A DNA stretch of 64,000 nucleotides from Hyphomicrobiales bacterium (GTDB taxonomy: Bacteria; Pseudomonadota; Alphaproteobacteria; Rhizobiales; NORP267): positions 5,723 through 69,722 of the forward strand of contig JAJFGZ010000002.1 in the NCBI GenBank assembly GCA_021775855.1. The letters are read 5' to 3'. The position numbers were made by a program, and so were the translations under genes. The notes beneath the pieces are model-generated. The model was not told the origin of the DNA. It did not search any database and worked only from the letters and a program-made list of their open reading frames with translations. This document shows, piece after piece, positions 9,844 through 17,627 of the stretch; positions within the stretch are counted from its first letter, which is position 1; every line of letters begins with the position of its first letter.

Positions 9844-10599
9844 ATGTGGAATCGCAGTCGGCTTTTTCGCTGGGCCAGACAAGGTGGTTGGCTCGCCGCC
9901 GCAACCTTGCTTGTGACTCCCCTCGCCTCCATCCATGCCGGAGAAATGCTCGCCCCCGAAGACCGGACCGGCTATTCCTTCATTTCGCTGCAGATCGGCG
10001 GCGCCATTCCCGACCCGGTAAAATCAACTGTATCAAACACCGCCGGCGCGGCATTCTCTGGCCGACAAGAAGTAAATTTCAATTCAGGCATCATCCTCGA
10101 TCTGTTGTACGGCAGGTATTTCACCGACCGGTTGCATGGCACGGTGAAATTGACTTACAGCCGTGGAGTTCCTTCCACGATCTCGAACGTATCCGGTTTT
10201 ACGGGAAACCCCCTTGCCGGTCTCACTGTGCCCGCTGCCGGATCCGGTAGCGCGATCGGGGTCGCGGCGGACCTGCGATACGATTTTGCGAAATACGATA
10301 ACGGTGCGCGGCTTTACGCAGGCGCGGGGGTGATCGCATCCCGGCTGACAATGACAAACCTTGGGCCGGAACCTAGCCCGTTTCACATCAGCGACAGCGA
10401 CATGGCCTACGCGCTTTGTGCGCTGACGGGTTTCAGTATCCCGGTCGCACAAAACCTCGAATTTATCGCGCAATATACAGCGGCCCTGGTATCGGGGACC
10501 TCCTACAGGTCGACAATCGGGCCAAACACGCTCTCCGTCAGCACACGAACTGATTTACGGCATATCGGCACGATCGGATTTCGATTTCTGTTCAACTGA
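9844..10599 (+). CDS. Outer-membrane beta-barrel protein (OmpW/OmpA-barrel-like)
   Basis: Signal peptide MWNRSRLFRWARQGGWLAAATLLVTPLASIHA. The sequence shows alternating amphipathic beta-strand patterning and an aromatic C-terminus (IGFRFLFN). Confidence 0.6.
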   Translation: MWNRSRLFRWARQGGWLAAATLLVTPLASIHAGEMLAPEDRTGYSFISLQIGGAIPDPVKSTVSNTAGAAFSGRQEVNFNSGIILDLLYGRYFTDRLHGTVKLTYSRGVPSTISNVSGFTGNPLAGLTVPAAGSGSAIGVAADLRYDFAKYDNGARLYAGAGVIASRLTMTNLGPEPSPFHISDSDMAYALCALTGFSIPVAQNLEFIAQYTAALVSGTSYRSTIGPNTLSVSTRTDLRHIGTIGFRFLFN

Positions 10600-10640
10600 A
10601 TTCGCATCAAACAATCTATCGCAAACGGGGAGCTGCAATC

Positions 10641-10883
10641 ATGACTGAAGAAACTACCGGCGTCGCGATGTGGAGAAGAATTCTGGCTTTCGTGCTGGAT
10701 TTGATCACCAGTTTTGCCGGGTTTGGGTATCTCGTCGCCCGCTTTACGGGCGGTCTTACTGAAAGCGGTTTCCAGTTGGACGGTGCGCCGGCATTGTTGT
10801 TGTTCGGCCTTGTAATCGGGTACTTTGTTGTCACCCGTTATATTGGGGGGACAATCTGGCAGCGTATTTTGCGCGCCAGGTAA
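10641..10883 (+). CDS. Small two-TM membrane protein (RDD-like)
   Basis: 80 aa. WRRILAFVLDLITSFAGFGYLV and ALLLFGLVIGYFVV are hydrophobic helices. GGGGAG lies upstream of the ATG. The family assignment is tentative. Confidence 0.45.
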   Translation: MTEETTGVAMWRRILAFVLDLITSFAGFGYLVARFTGGLTESGFQLDGAPALLLFGLVIGYFVVTRYIGGTIWQRILRAR

Positions 10884-11006
10884 TCTCCTTACAGATATCC
10901 GGTTTCCGACCTTTCTATTCATTGACGTTGCGGTCAATTCATATTCTATTGGTCGTTTCCGCTCGGTGAGACTACATCCCGAACCGGGAGGCAGGGGATC
11001 GGATAC

Positions 11007-12272
11007 ATGACGCGCAACGAGCAGGCAGACGCCAAACACATCGTTCTGACATCGCATCCGCCGCGGCGCGCGAATTCTGCCATTCCCCTCAACTGGGACG
11101 AGGCAGACCCGATCAAGCGCGGACCTGTCATCGGCACCCTGACAAAACCTGGCGACCGGAATGTCATTGGTTCCCATTCCGGTGGATACGCCATTTATCG
11201 CGCGCTCGCCGTTGCCGCCGGAACGCTCGACCCCGACCATAAAGCCGACCTGACAAATACCAGCCCCACCAATAAAATAGGGCCACATCCCCAATGGAGC
11301 GAACCGGGCCGCATCGTATCGCTCGATCCGTGGGGCCATATGGTGGCCGACGTATTCGGCGATCTGATTGCACAGGGGATTGATATCCGCCCCTCGATCG
11401 CGATCACCAAGGCGCGGATCAACATGCCCGAATTTCCGGAAGCCACAAAGACCGGGCGGCTGGTTCCGGACGGCAAGGTTTTGCAGGACAATGGCGATGT
11501 GAACGTAACGAAGGTCGCGATCGAACCGATCTGGCATCTGCCTGGTATTGCCGCGCGGTTTGATATTACGGAAAATGAATTGCGCCGGAAATTGTTCGAA
11601 CATACAGGTGGCATGTTTCCCGAACTTGTGACCCGCCCGGACTTGAAAGTGTTCCTGCCTCCGATTGGCGGCATGACGGTCTATGTTATCGGCAAATTTG
11701 AGGGGCTTGCAGACCCGTCCACAAAAGTTGCCTGCCGGGTCCACGATGAATGCAATGGCTCTGACGTGTTCGGATCCGATATCTGCACCTGCCGGCCCTA
11801 CCTCGCCCACGGCATCGAGGAATGCATCAAGATGGCGCAATCGGGCGGGACCGGGCTTGTGGTCTATAACCGAAAAGAGGGCCGCGCACTTGGCGAGGTC
11901 ACAAAGTTCCTGGTCTACAACGCCCGCAAGCGCCAGAAAGGCGGGGACACGGCAGACAAGTATTTTGAGCGCACCGAATGCGTCGCCGGGGTTCAGGATA
12001 TGCGGTTCCAGGAACTGATGCCGGACGTCTTCCATTGGCTCGACATCAGGCGGATCGACCGCTTTATGTCCATGAGCGATCTGAAGCACGATGCGTTGGT
12101 GCGGCAAGGGATCGAGATCATCGAGCGCGTGCCGATCCCTGACGAGTTGATCCCCTCGGACGCCCAGGTCGAGATGGACGCAAAGAAAGCTGCGGGCTAT
12201 TTTACGGACGATTCCGTATCAATGCCGACCGAGCTTGATGCCACCAAAGGGCGCAACCTTGACGACTATTGA
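11007..12272 (+). CDS. GTP cyclohydrolase II family protein with a long N-terminal domain (URC1-like)
   Basis: The C-terminal half aligns by eye to RibA. The zinc triad is in RVHDECNGSDVFGSDICTCRPYL, followed by YNRKEGRALG and IEIIERVPIP. An extra domain of about 230 aa precedes it. Confidence 0.8.
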   Translation: MTRNEQADAKHIVLTSHPPRRANSAIPLNWDEADPIKRGPVIGTLTKPGDRNVIGSHSGGYAIYRALAVAAGTLDPDHKADLTNTSPTNKIGPHPQWSEPGRIVSLDPWGHMVADVFGDLIAQGIDIRPSIAITKARINMPEFPEATKTGRLVPDGKVLQDNGDVNVTKVAIEPIWHLPGIAARFDITENELRRKLFEHTGGMFPELVTRPDLKVFLPPIGGMTVYVIGKFEGLADPSTKVACRVHDECNGSDVFGSDICTCRPYLAHGIEECIKMAQSGGTGLVVYNRKEGRALGEVTKFLVYNARKRQKGGDTADKYFERTECVAGVQDMRFQELMPDVFHWLDIRRIDRFMSMSDLKHDALVRQGIEIIERVPIPDELIPSDAQVEMDAKKAAGYFTDDSVSMPTELDATKGRNLDDY

Positions 12273-12282
12273 GGTTGGCAAG

Positions 12283-13494
12283 GTGGTAACAGCCGCCAAT
12301 TTGCTGTTAACGCCGGAAGCCGTACGCCTGCGCGCACAACAATTCCTTGCCCTTGCCCGAGAAGATCGGTTGCGCAATTTCGTTCTCCGGGAAGAGAATT
12401 TGCCTGGCGCCAGTGAGCATGTGATCCACCTGCTCAACGCCCGGTTTCCAGACAGAAAAGTTCCGTTCCACGCCCGTTGGCGGCATTTCGAGGTTGCCGG
12501 CATAGACCGGGCTGCGCTGCTATTGACAGGAATAGAGGGCCGCTTTGAAAAGGCCCGGGCACGCTTCGATTTGGCGATCACCAGCGTGCTTTTGGATGCG
12601 GGTGCGGGCGACAAATGGTTCTACCGAGATTCAAATGGTCAACAATTCAACCGCTCCGAAGGCCTCGCGGTTGCGAGCCTCGATATGTTTGGCGCGGGGT
12701 TTTTCGCGCTGGACAAGAAATTGTTGCAGGCCGACGCCAGCCGACTGTCGGCGTTACGGGAAAGCGATATGGCAGCTGCTTTCCAGGTCTCGCGCGATAA
12801 CCCGCTTACGGGTCTTGCTGGGCGGGTGGCACTATTGTCCTCATTGGGTCGCCGGGTTTTAGAGGCACCTGAATTCTTCCCTGGCGATACACCCCGACCC
12901 GGTAATTTGTTTGATTACCTGCGGACAAAAATAGACGGGAAGGAATTGGCCGCGCGCGAGATCTTGATTGCATTGCTGCATGCCCTTGGTCCGATCTGGC
13001 CGGATCGTTTATCCCTGGAAGGCATACCGCTCGGCGATACATGGCGCCACGCCCAGGCGAGCGGTGGTGATTTGCCTGACGGCTACATCCCTTTTCATAA
13101 ACTGTCGCAATGGCTGGCCTATTCCCTGATCGAACCGCTCCAGGAGGCCGGGGTCACGGTTACGGGGATTAACGCGCTGACCGGCCTGGCGGAATACCGG
13201 AATGGGGGCCTGTTCGTAGACTATGAAATCGTCCAACCGCGTCACAACGACATTTTGACAGACATCCATGAACCGGACAGTGACGTAATCATCGAATGGC
13301 GCGCGTTGACGGTAGCGTTGTTGGATGCAGTCGCCGATCTGGTACGTGATAATCTCAGTCTGGACGCCGAAAGTTTACCGCTCGCGAGCGTACTCGAAGC
13401 CGGAACCTGGGCAGCCGGCCGGGAGATTGCACAGGCAAAACGTCTAAATGCAGCGCCACCCATTGCGGTGTCCGCAGATGGTACGGTATTTTAA
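12283..13494 (+). CDS. URC4/urg3 family protein (DUF1688)
   Basis: Matches my recollection of DUF1688 N-termini ([14 protein letters not shown] ... [15 protein letters not shown]). Start is placed at GTG 12283, which has GAGG 8 nt upstream and lies 10 nt after the upstream stop. ATG 12238 is the alternative and would overlap by 35 nt. Confidence 0.72.
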   Translation: MVTAANLLLTPEAVRLRAQQFLALAREDRLRNFVLREENLPGASEHVIHLLNARFPDRKVPFHARWRHFEVAGIDRAALLLTGIEGRFEKARARFDLAITSVLLDAGAGDKWFYRDSNGQQFNRSEGLAVASLDMFGAGFFALDKKLLQADASRLSALRESDMAAAFQVSRDNPLTGLAGRVALLSSLGRRVLEAPEFFPGDTPRPGNLFDYLRTKIDGKELAAREILIALLHALGPIWPDRLSLEGIPLGDTWRHAQASGGDLPDGYIPFHKLSQWLAYSLIEPLQEAGVTVTGINALTGLAEYRNGGLFVDYEIVQPRHNDILTDIHEPDSDVIIEWRALTVALLDAVADLVRDNLSLDAESLPLASVLEAGTWAAGREIAQAKRLNAAPPIAVSADGTVF

Positions 13495-13543
13495 GTTCAG
13501 GGATCGCACGATTGGGCTGCGGCAAACCAAGGGAATAATAATA

Positions 13544-14176
13544 ATGAGCGACAATCTGGTAGTGATTGATCACCCACTCGTGCAGCACAAACTATCCCTG
13601 ATGCGGGAAAAGAATACGCCGTCAGCGACGTTCAGAATGTTGCTGCGCGAGATCAGCCTGTTGCTCGGGTATGAGGTTCTGCGCGACCTGCCGCTTACCA
13701 CGAAGTCGATCGATACGCCGCTACAGGAAATGGACGCGCCGGTTCTGAAGGGGAAGAAACTTGTCTTTGTGTCTATTCTTCGGGCCGGCAATGGTTTGCT
13801 CGACGGCCTGCTCGATCTGGTACCGTCTGCGCGCGTCGGCCATGTGGGGCTCTACCGGGACCCGGAAACTCTGCAGGCTATCGAATATTACCTGAAGCTC
13901 CCTGAGGACATGGAATCACGCATCTGCATCGTGGTCGATCCCATGCTGGCCACCTCCAATTCGGCGAGCGCGGCGATTACCCGCCTCAAGCAAGCGGGCG
14001 CACAAAATATCCGCATGGTCTGCTTGCTGGCTGCGCCCGAAGGCGTCAAGGCACTCGGGGAAGCCCACCCTGACGTCAAGGTTTATACCGGAGCGCTCGA
14101 CACCCATTTGAATGAACACGGCTACATCGTGCCGGGTCTCGGCGATGCGGGAGACCGCATGTTCGGCACCAAGTAA
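13544..14176 (+). CDS. upp: Uracil phosphoribosyltransferase
   Basis: [25 protein letters not shown] is a canonical Upp N-terminus. The PRPP loop is [12 protein letters not shown], and the C-terminal motif is [12 protein letters not shown]. Confidence 0.93.
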   Translation: MSDNLVVIDHPLVQHKLSLMREKNTPSATFRMLLREISLLLGYEVLRDLPLTTKSIDTPLQEMDAPVLKGKKLVFVSILRAGNGLLDGLLDLVPSARVGHVGLYRDPETLQAIEYYLKLPEDMESRICIVVDPMLATSNSASAAITRLKQAGAQNIRMVCLLAAPEGVKALGEAHPDVKVYTGALDTHLNEHGYIVPGLGDAGDRMFGTK

Positions 14177-14186
14177 CAGTCGATCG

Positions 14187-15113
14187 ATGCCGGGCCCCAT
14201 TCTGCCTGTTATCCTTTGTGGCGGCGGGGGAACTCGGCTCGCGCCGTTGTCGACGCCTGAATGCCCAAAACAGTTTCTGGAATTGTTTCAGAACAACCCA
14301 CACAGTCTGTTCGAGCGCACTTTGTCGCGGCTTTCCGCCGCGCCGGACATTCTACCGCCACTGATCATCGGGAATATTCAACACCACGAATTGATCCGTG
14401 ATCAGATCGGTGGTGCCGCGGCGAGCGTGATCCTTGAGCCGGTCGCCAGAAACACAGCACCGGCCGTCGCGATTGCCGCCCATTGGGCCAGGCTACATGT
14501 GCCCGAAGCTACTCTTGTCGTTATGCCCAGCGACCACGTGATCGGGGACCTTGCTACATTTCAAATAGATTTGATCAACGCGCGCCGCATCGCGAATGAC
14601 GGTTATATCGCTGTGTTCGGTGTCAAGCCTGACTGGCTTGAAACCGGGTACGGATATATCGAACCCGGTGCAGAAATTGAGGCGAACGGCGCTTCTGCGC
14701 ATTACGTCGAGGCATTTGTCGAAAAACCTGATCTGGCTACCGCGCAACGCTATCTCGATGACCAGACAAAATACTGGAATAGCGGAATTTTCGTTTTCAG
14801 TGCGACAACCATGCTTGCTGAGTTCGAAAGGTACGCCCCGGAAATCGTCAATCGGTCGGCGGCGGCGCTTCAAGAAGCCGAGGCGCGCAATCCGGCCCTT
14901 GTCCTGGCGCTGAGCGAATACGAAATGCTGGATCCAATTTCGCTGGACTATGCAATCATGGAAAAGACCAGCGTCGCGGCTTTGGTCCGGTTTTCCTCCC
15001 ACTGGCGGGACCTCGGGTCAATCGAAGCGTTGAGAGTGTTTTCGTCTTCGACCTCGGCAACAACCGATCCAGTGTCCCTGAAAGTTCAGACTTTTCTGGA
15101 TGGCAACGGCTGA
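14187..15113 (+). CDS. Mannose-1-phosphate guanylyltransferase-type nucleotidyltransferase (short form, no C-terminal cupin/PMI domain)
   Basis: The N-terminal motif PVILCGGGGTRLAPLS...PKQF is present. Start is at ATG 14187, 10 nt after the upp stop. Confidence 0.75.
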   Translation: MPGPILPVILCGGGGTRLAPLSTPECPKQFLELFQNNPHSLFERTLSRLSAAPDILPPLIIGNIQHHELIRDQIGGAAASVILEPVARNTAPAVAIAAHWARLHVPEATLVVMPSDHVIGDLATFQIDLINARRIANDGYIAVFGVKPDWLETGYGYIEPGAEIEANGASAHYVEAFVEKPDLATAQRYLDDQTKYWNSGIFVFSATTMLAEFERYAPEIVNRSAAALQEAEARNPALVLALSEYEMLDPISLDYAIMEKTSVAALVRFSSHWRDLGSIEALRVFSSSTSATTDPVSLKVQTFLDGNG

Positions 15114-15126
15114 TCGTCCAAATCTC

Positions 15127-15345
15127 TCAGTCCTGCGATTTCGTAAACAGCCGCTCGATCCTGGATATCAGGTAATCCGCAAAGGTGAGCAGCAGGAAGG
15201 ACACCAGGATCGCCGGGATGAATTTAAAGTTGGAGGCAGGGGTTCCCCTGATCTGTGTGCCGAGCAGGAGCCATATCTGATAACAGCCATAGGCCAGACC
15301 GGCCGTGATTACCAATGCGAGAATGCTGGATATGATTTTTTGCAT
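15127..15345 (-). CDS. Small two-TM membrane protein (last gene of the Rieske operon)
   Basis: 72 aa (MQKIISSILALVITAGLAYGCYQIWLLL...FIPAILVSFLLLTFADYLI). The ATG lies 2 nt after the upstream stop, and AAGGGTG is upstream. I recognise no family. Confidence 0.5.
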   Translation of the reverse strand: MQKIISSILALVITAGLAYGCYQIWLLLGTQIRGTPASNFKFIPAILVSFLLLTFADYLISRIERLFTKSQD

Positions 15346-15347
15346 GG

Positions 15348-16133
15348 CTAAAACACCCTTGCCTGTGAAACATCAACCTTGAATACGAGGATATCGTCGA
15401 GCCGCTCGATCTCGCCTTCAAGCTGAACCATAATTGCCACAAGGTCGTAAAATTCATCGGGCAGAGGACCGCCATTCTCATCGGCCAGCAAGAAGAACGA
15501 GGTCCCCTCCACTTCCCCGGTCGAGACAAAGACCGGGGGCACCCCGCCAATCAGACAAAGATTGGCGCAGGCCCGATGTGCTATCCCGGTGCCGGGACGC
15601 ATGGCGCCCCCATAGCATTTGCCGTCGCAGATCTCGCCCGACAACCGCCATCGCCCAAGGGATACCGGCGGGGCCGGGGTAAAAGCGCGCTGGAGATCCG
15701 TCAGGCCTTCGTCGGCCGGCACAAGCGCCTGTCCCCTGAGCTGGAGCATATCCATGTCGCCACGCGACAGAAAAAAGCCTGATGCATTGACAACTTGATC
15801 CCCCAGCTGAGCGGCCCGGTCCTGCAATCCAGCTTTTCCCGGCGCCGTCAGCATCAAGGTCCGTGGTTCCGGATGGCCTTCCGATGGCGCCGTTCTCAAA
15901 ACCGGGTAAGGCAGTTCTTGGACCACCCCCACAAATTGCTGCATATTGTTGCGCCCTCCGACAAAACGGCCATCACCGGGATCGCTGGTATTGCTGCCAA
16001 TCGCGAAGGACAGAGCCGCCATGCCGATAAGGATACCGAGCGTGGCCGCGAGCGAGAAGATGATCAGCGGCGCCTGGACGCGGTTAACATAGCCAACAAA
16101 AAAGGGTCGTTCCGGGGTGTGACTGGACATCAT
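15348..16133 (-). CDS. Membrane-anchored protein of unknown family with paired CxxxC motifs
   Basis: 261 aa. The start forms an ATGA overlap with the upstream gene at 16130-16133. There is one N-terminal TM helix (PLIIFSLAATLGILIGMAALSFAI). The soluble domain contains CDGKC and CANLC. Confidence 0.65.
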   Translation of the reverse strand: MMSSHTPERPFFVGYVNRVQAPLIIFSLAATLGILIGMAALSFAIGSNTSDPGDGRFVGGRNNMQQFVGVVQELPYPVLRTAPSEGHPEPRTLMLTAPGKAGLQDRAAQLGDQVVNASGFFLSRGDMDMLQLRGQALVPADEGLTDLQRAFTPAPPVSLGRWRLSGEICDGKCYGGAMRPGTGIAHRACANLCLIGGVPPVFVSTGEVEGTSFFLLADENGGPLPDEFYDLVAIMVQLEGEIERLDDILVFKVDVSQARVF

Positions 16134-17188
16134 GCAGCTCCTGGTACCTGGATGGGTTCAACGCGGGTTCCTGGCGCACAGGCTTGTGGGTCAAGCAGCA
16201 CCTGGTCGCCTTTCAACTTCAACCTGTAGGTCGCAATTTTCTCAGTAAACGGCGCCGGGGCACGGCCATCCTCGACCCGGTACTGGAATCCGTGCCAGGG
16301 ACAGGTCACGCAGCCATCGATGATCCGCCCCTCACCGAGCGGGCCGTTCTGGTGGGCGCAGACGTTCGATAGCGCGGATAATTTATTGCCGTGGCGGAAC
16401 ACCGCGACCCGCTCGTCGCCTTCCAGCGATACAATGACCGCACGATCCAGGGGAATGTCATCGACGGCACCGGCGATAACCCAGGAGGACGTATCATCGG
16501 TTTCCGCCGCTGCCCGGTCTTTTCGCCGCTCGGCTCGCCCTGCCAGGAAATGCAGCCCCGCCACCGCCATGCACGAAGTCACCACGACCATCGCAAAAAT
16601 GGGGTTGGCGGCTGCCTGAAGGTACCCAAGCGAGACGTGCAACACGATCAATGTATACGCCACGTAGACCGACATATGGATGGCTTTCCACACCCCAGGG
16701 GTGAGGAAATGCATCCAGAAATCGTGGCTTGTAACCGCCATGACCAGCAAAATCAGCAGAGCAAATACACCGAATAATTCGAAAGGAAACCCTAAAAATT
16801 GACCGAAACTGGTGTTGGCGCCCAGTACAGCCGCATATTTGTCGATCGAGCTGAATGAAAAATAGATGCTGATCACATATGTCGCGTGAACAAAGGCAAC
16901 AGCGCAGGTAATCACGCCAAAATGCCGTCGGTTATAGAGAAGAGGCAAGAAGCGGGTATCGAGACGCGCCAGCGGCCCTATACACAGGATCATGGTCAGC
17001 ATTAGAAATGCACACGTCCCAAATGCCTGAGCCTTGAAGATCGCGCCACTGACGCGGCGCGTAACTTCCTGAAAACTCGGTGTCAGCTCGACAAATATGA
17101 ACACATAGCCGAACACCATGATGAGCAGGATAAGATCGTAAATGATCTTGTTCGAATTCCAGGTAACCGGGGTGTATTTAACGCTCAT
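16130..17188 (-). CDS. Ferric-reductase-like (MsrQ/YedZ-type) six-TM domain fused to a C-terminal Rieske [2Fe-2S] domain
   Basis: The N-terminal ~210 aa is polytopic with conserved His in helices (FVHATYV, SHDFWMH, AIHMSVY, VLHVSLG). The C-terminus has CAH-x16-CPWH, encoded at 16292-16360. Confidence 0.8.
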   Translation of the reverse strand: MSVKYTPVTWNSNKIIYDLILLIMVFGYVFIFVELTPSFQEVTRRVSGAIFKAQAFGTCAFLMLTMILCIGPLARLDTRFLPLLYNRRHFGVITCAVAFVHATYVISIYFSFSSIDKYAAVLGANTSFGQFLGFPFELFGVFALLILLVMAVTSHDFWMHFLTPGVWKAIHMSVYVAYTLIVLHVSLGYLQAAANPIFAMVVVTSCMAVAGLHFLAGRAERRKDRAAAETDDTSSWVIAGAVDDIPLDRAVIVSLEGDERVAVFRHGNKLSALSNVCAHQNGPLGEGRIIDGCVTCPWHGFQYRVEDGRAPAPFTEKIATYRLKLKGDQVLLDPQACAPGTRVEPIQVPGAA

Positions 17189-17349
17189 TGGTCTGTCCCT
17201 CCGGCTTGCACCGGCGCTTCCAATAGCCTGGCCGGGCGTTCGATCGGGCCGTTCTGGCGGATAAACGTTGCCGCGACCAGGATGGCTGGTAGCAGGACGG
17301 CCAGCAAGGTCCAGATGCGGGCATGCGCGGTTCTATGACGGCGTTGCAT
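17185..17349 (-). CDS. 54-aa single-TM protein (not in the ORF track)
   Basis: My own translation gives MQRRHRTAHARIWTLLAVLLPAILVAATFIRQNGPIERPARLLEAPVQAGGTDQ*. GGGGGGAG lies upstream of ATG 17349. The stop forms an ATGA overlap with the start of the downstream gene at 17185-17188. Confidence 0.55.
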   Translation of the reverse strand: MQRRHRTAHARIWTLLAVLLPAILVAATFIRQNGPIERPARLLEAPVQAGGTDQ

Positions 17350-17353
17350 AATT

Positions 17354-17569
17354 CTACTCCCCCCGCTGTGTTTCGAGTTTGAGCCAACGCCAGAGAACCA
17401 GGGGCCACAACACGACGATGCCCGGTATCAAAAGCGCACGAAAGCCAAATGCCTGGTGCGAAGATGGGTCAATCCGGTCGATCCCGAACATCAGGAACGG
17501 CACAGAAACAGCCGCCCCGATATACCCGTAGATCTTCACGATTTCGATGATTTGAAGTGCGAGTTCCAA
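17354..17569 (-). CDS. 71-aa two-TM membrane protein
   Basis: Start is placed at TTG 17569, preceded by GGAGGG at 17575-17580. The track start at 17674 would overlap the upstream gene by 47 nt. Hydrophobic segments are IYGYIGAAVSVPFLMFGI and ALLIPGIVVLWPLVLW. Confidence 0.55.
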   Translation of the reverse strand: MELALQIIEIVKIYGYIGAAVSVPFLMFGIDRIDPSSHQAFGFRALLIPGIVVLWPLVLWRWLKLETQRGE

Positions 17570-17627
17570 TTGATCCCTCCAATCTGAACCTGTTTCGAAT
17601 TCGATTTTTCCCCTCGCCGTCTTTCCA

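Noticed and set aside
10503-12107. 534-aa minus-strand ORF, the second-longest minus-strand frame in this part of the window
   Set aside because: It lies entirely antisense to the URC1-like gene, the RDD-like gene and the 3' end of the OMP gene. The translation is rich in Arg, Pro, Gly and Ala and carries no recognisable motif. The plus-strand genes have clear family signatures. This is a typical shadow ORF of GC-rich DNA.
14187-15113. Including the mannose-1-phosphate guanylyltransferase-like gene in the URC cluster
   Set aside because: It starts only 10 nt after upp, so it may be co-transcribed. But a sugar-nucleotide transferase has no known role in the URC pathway, and I have no evidence beyond adjacency. 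I keep it as a separate feature.
17178-17408. 76-aa minus-strand track ORF in the gap between the two-TM gene and the heme-b/Rieske gene
   Set aside because: The translation (MAPGSLALAQTRNTAGG...) has no hydrophobic or otherwise protein-like pattern and overlaps both neighbours. A different frame gives a 54-aa TM protein with a strong Shine-Dalgarno sequence and an ATGA coupling, and I report that one instead.
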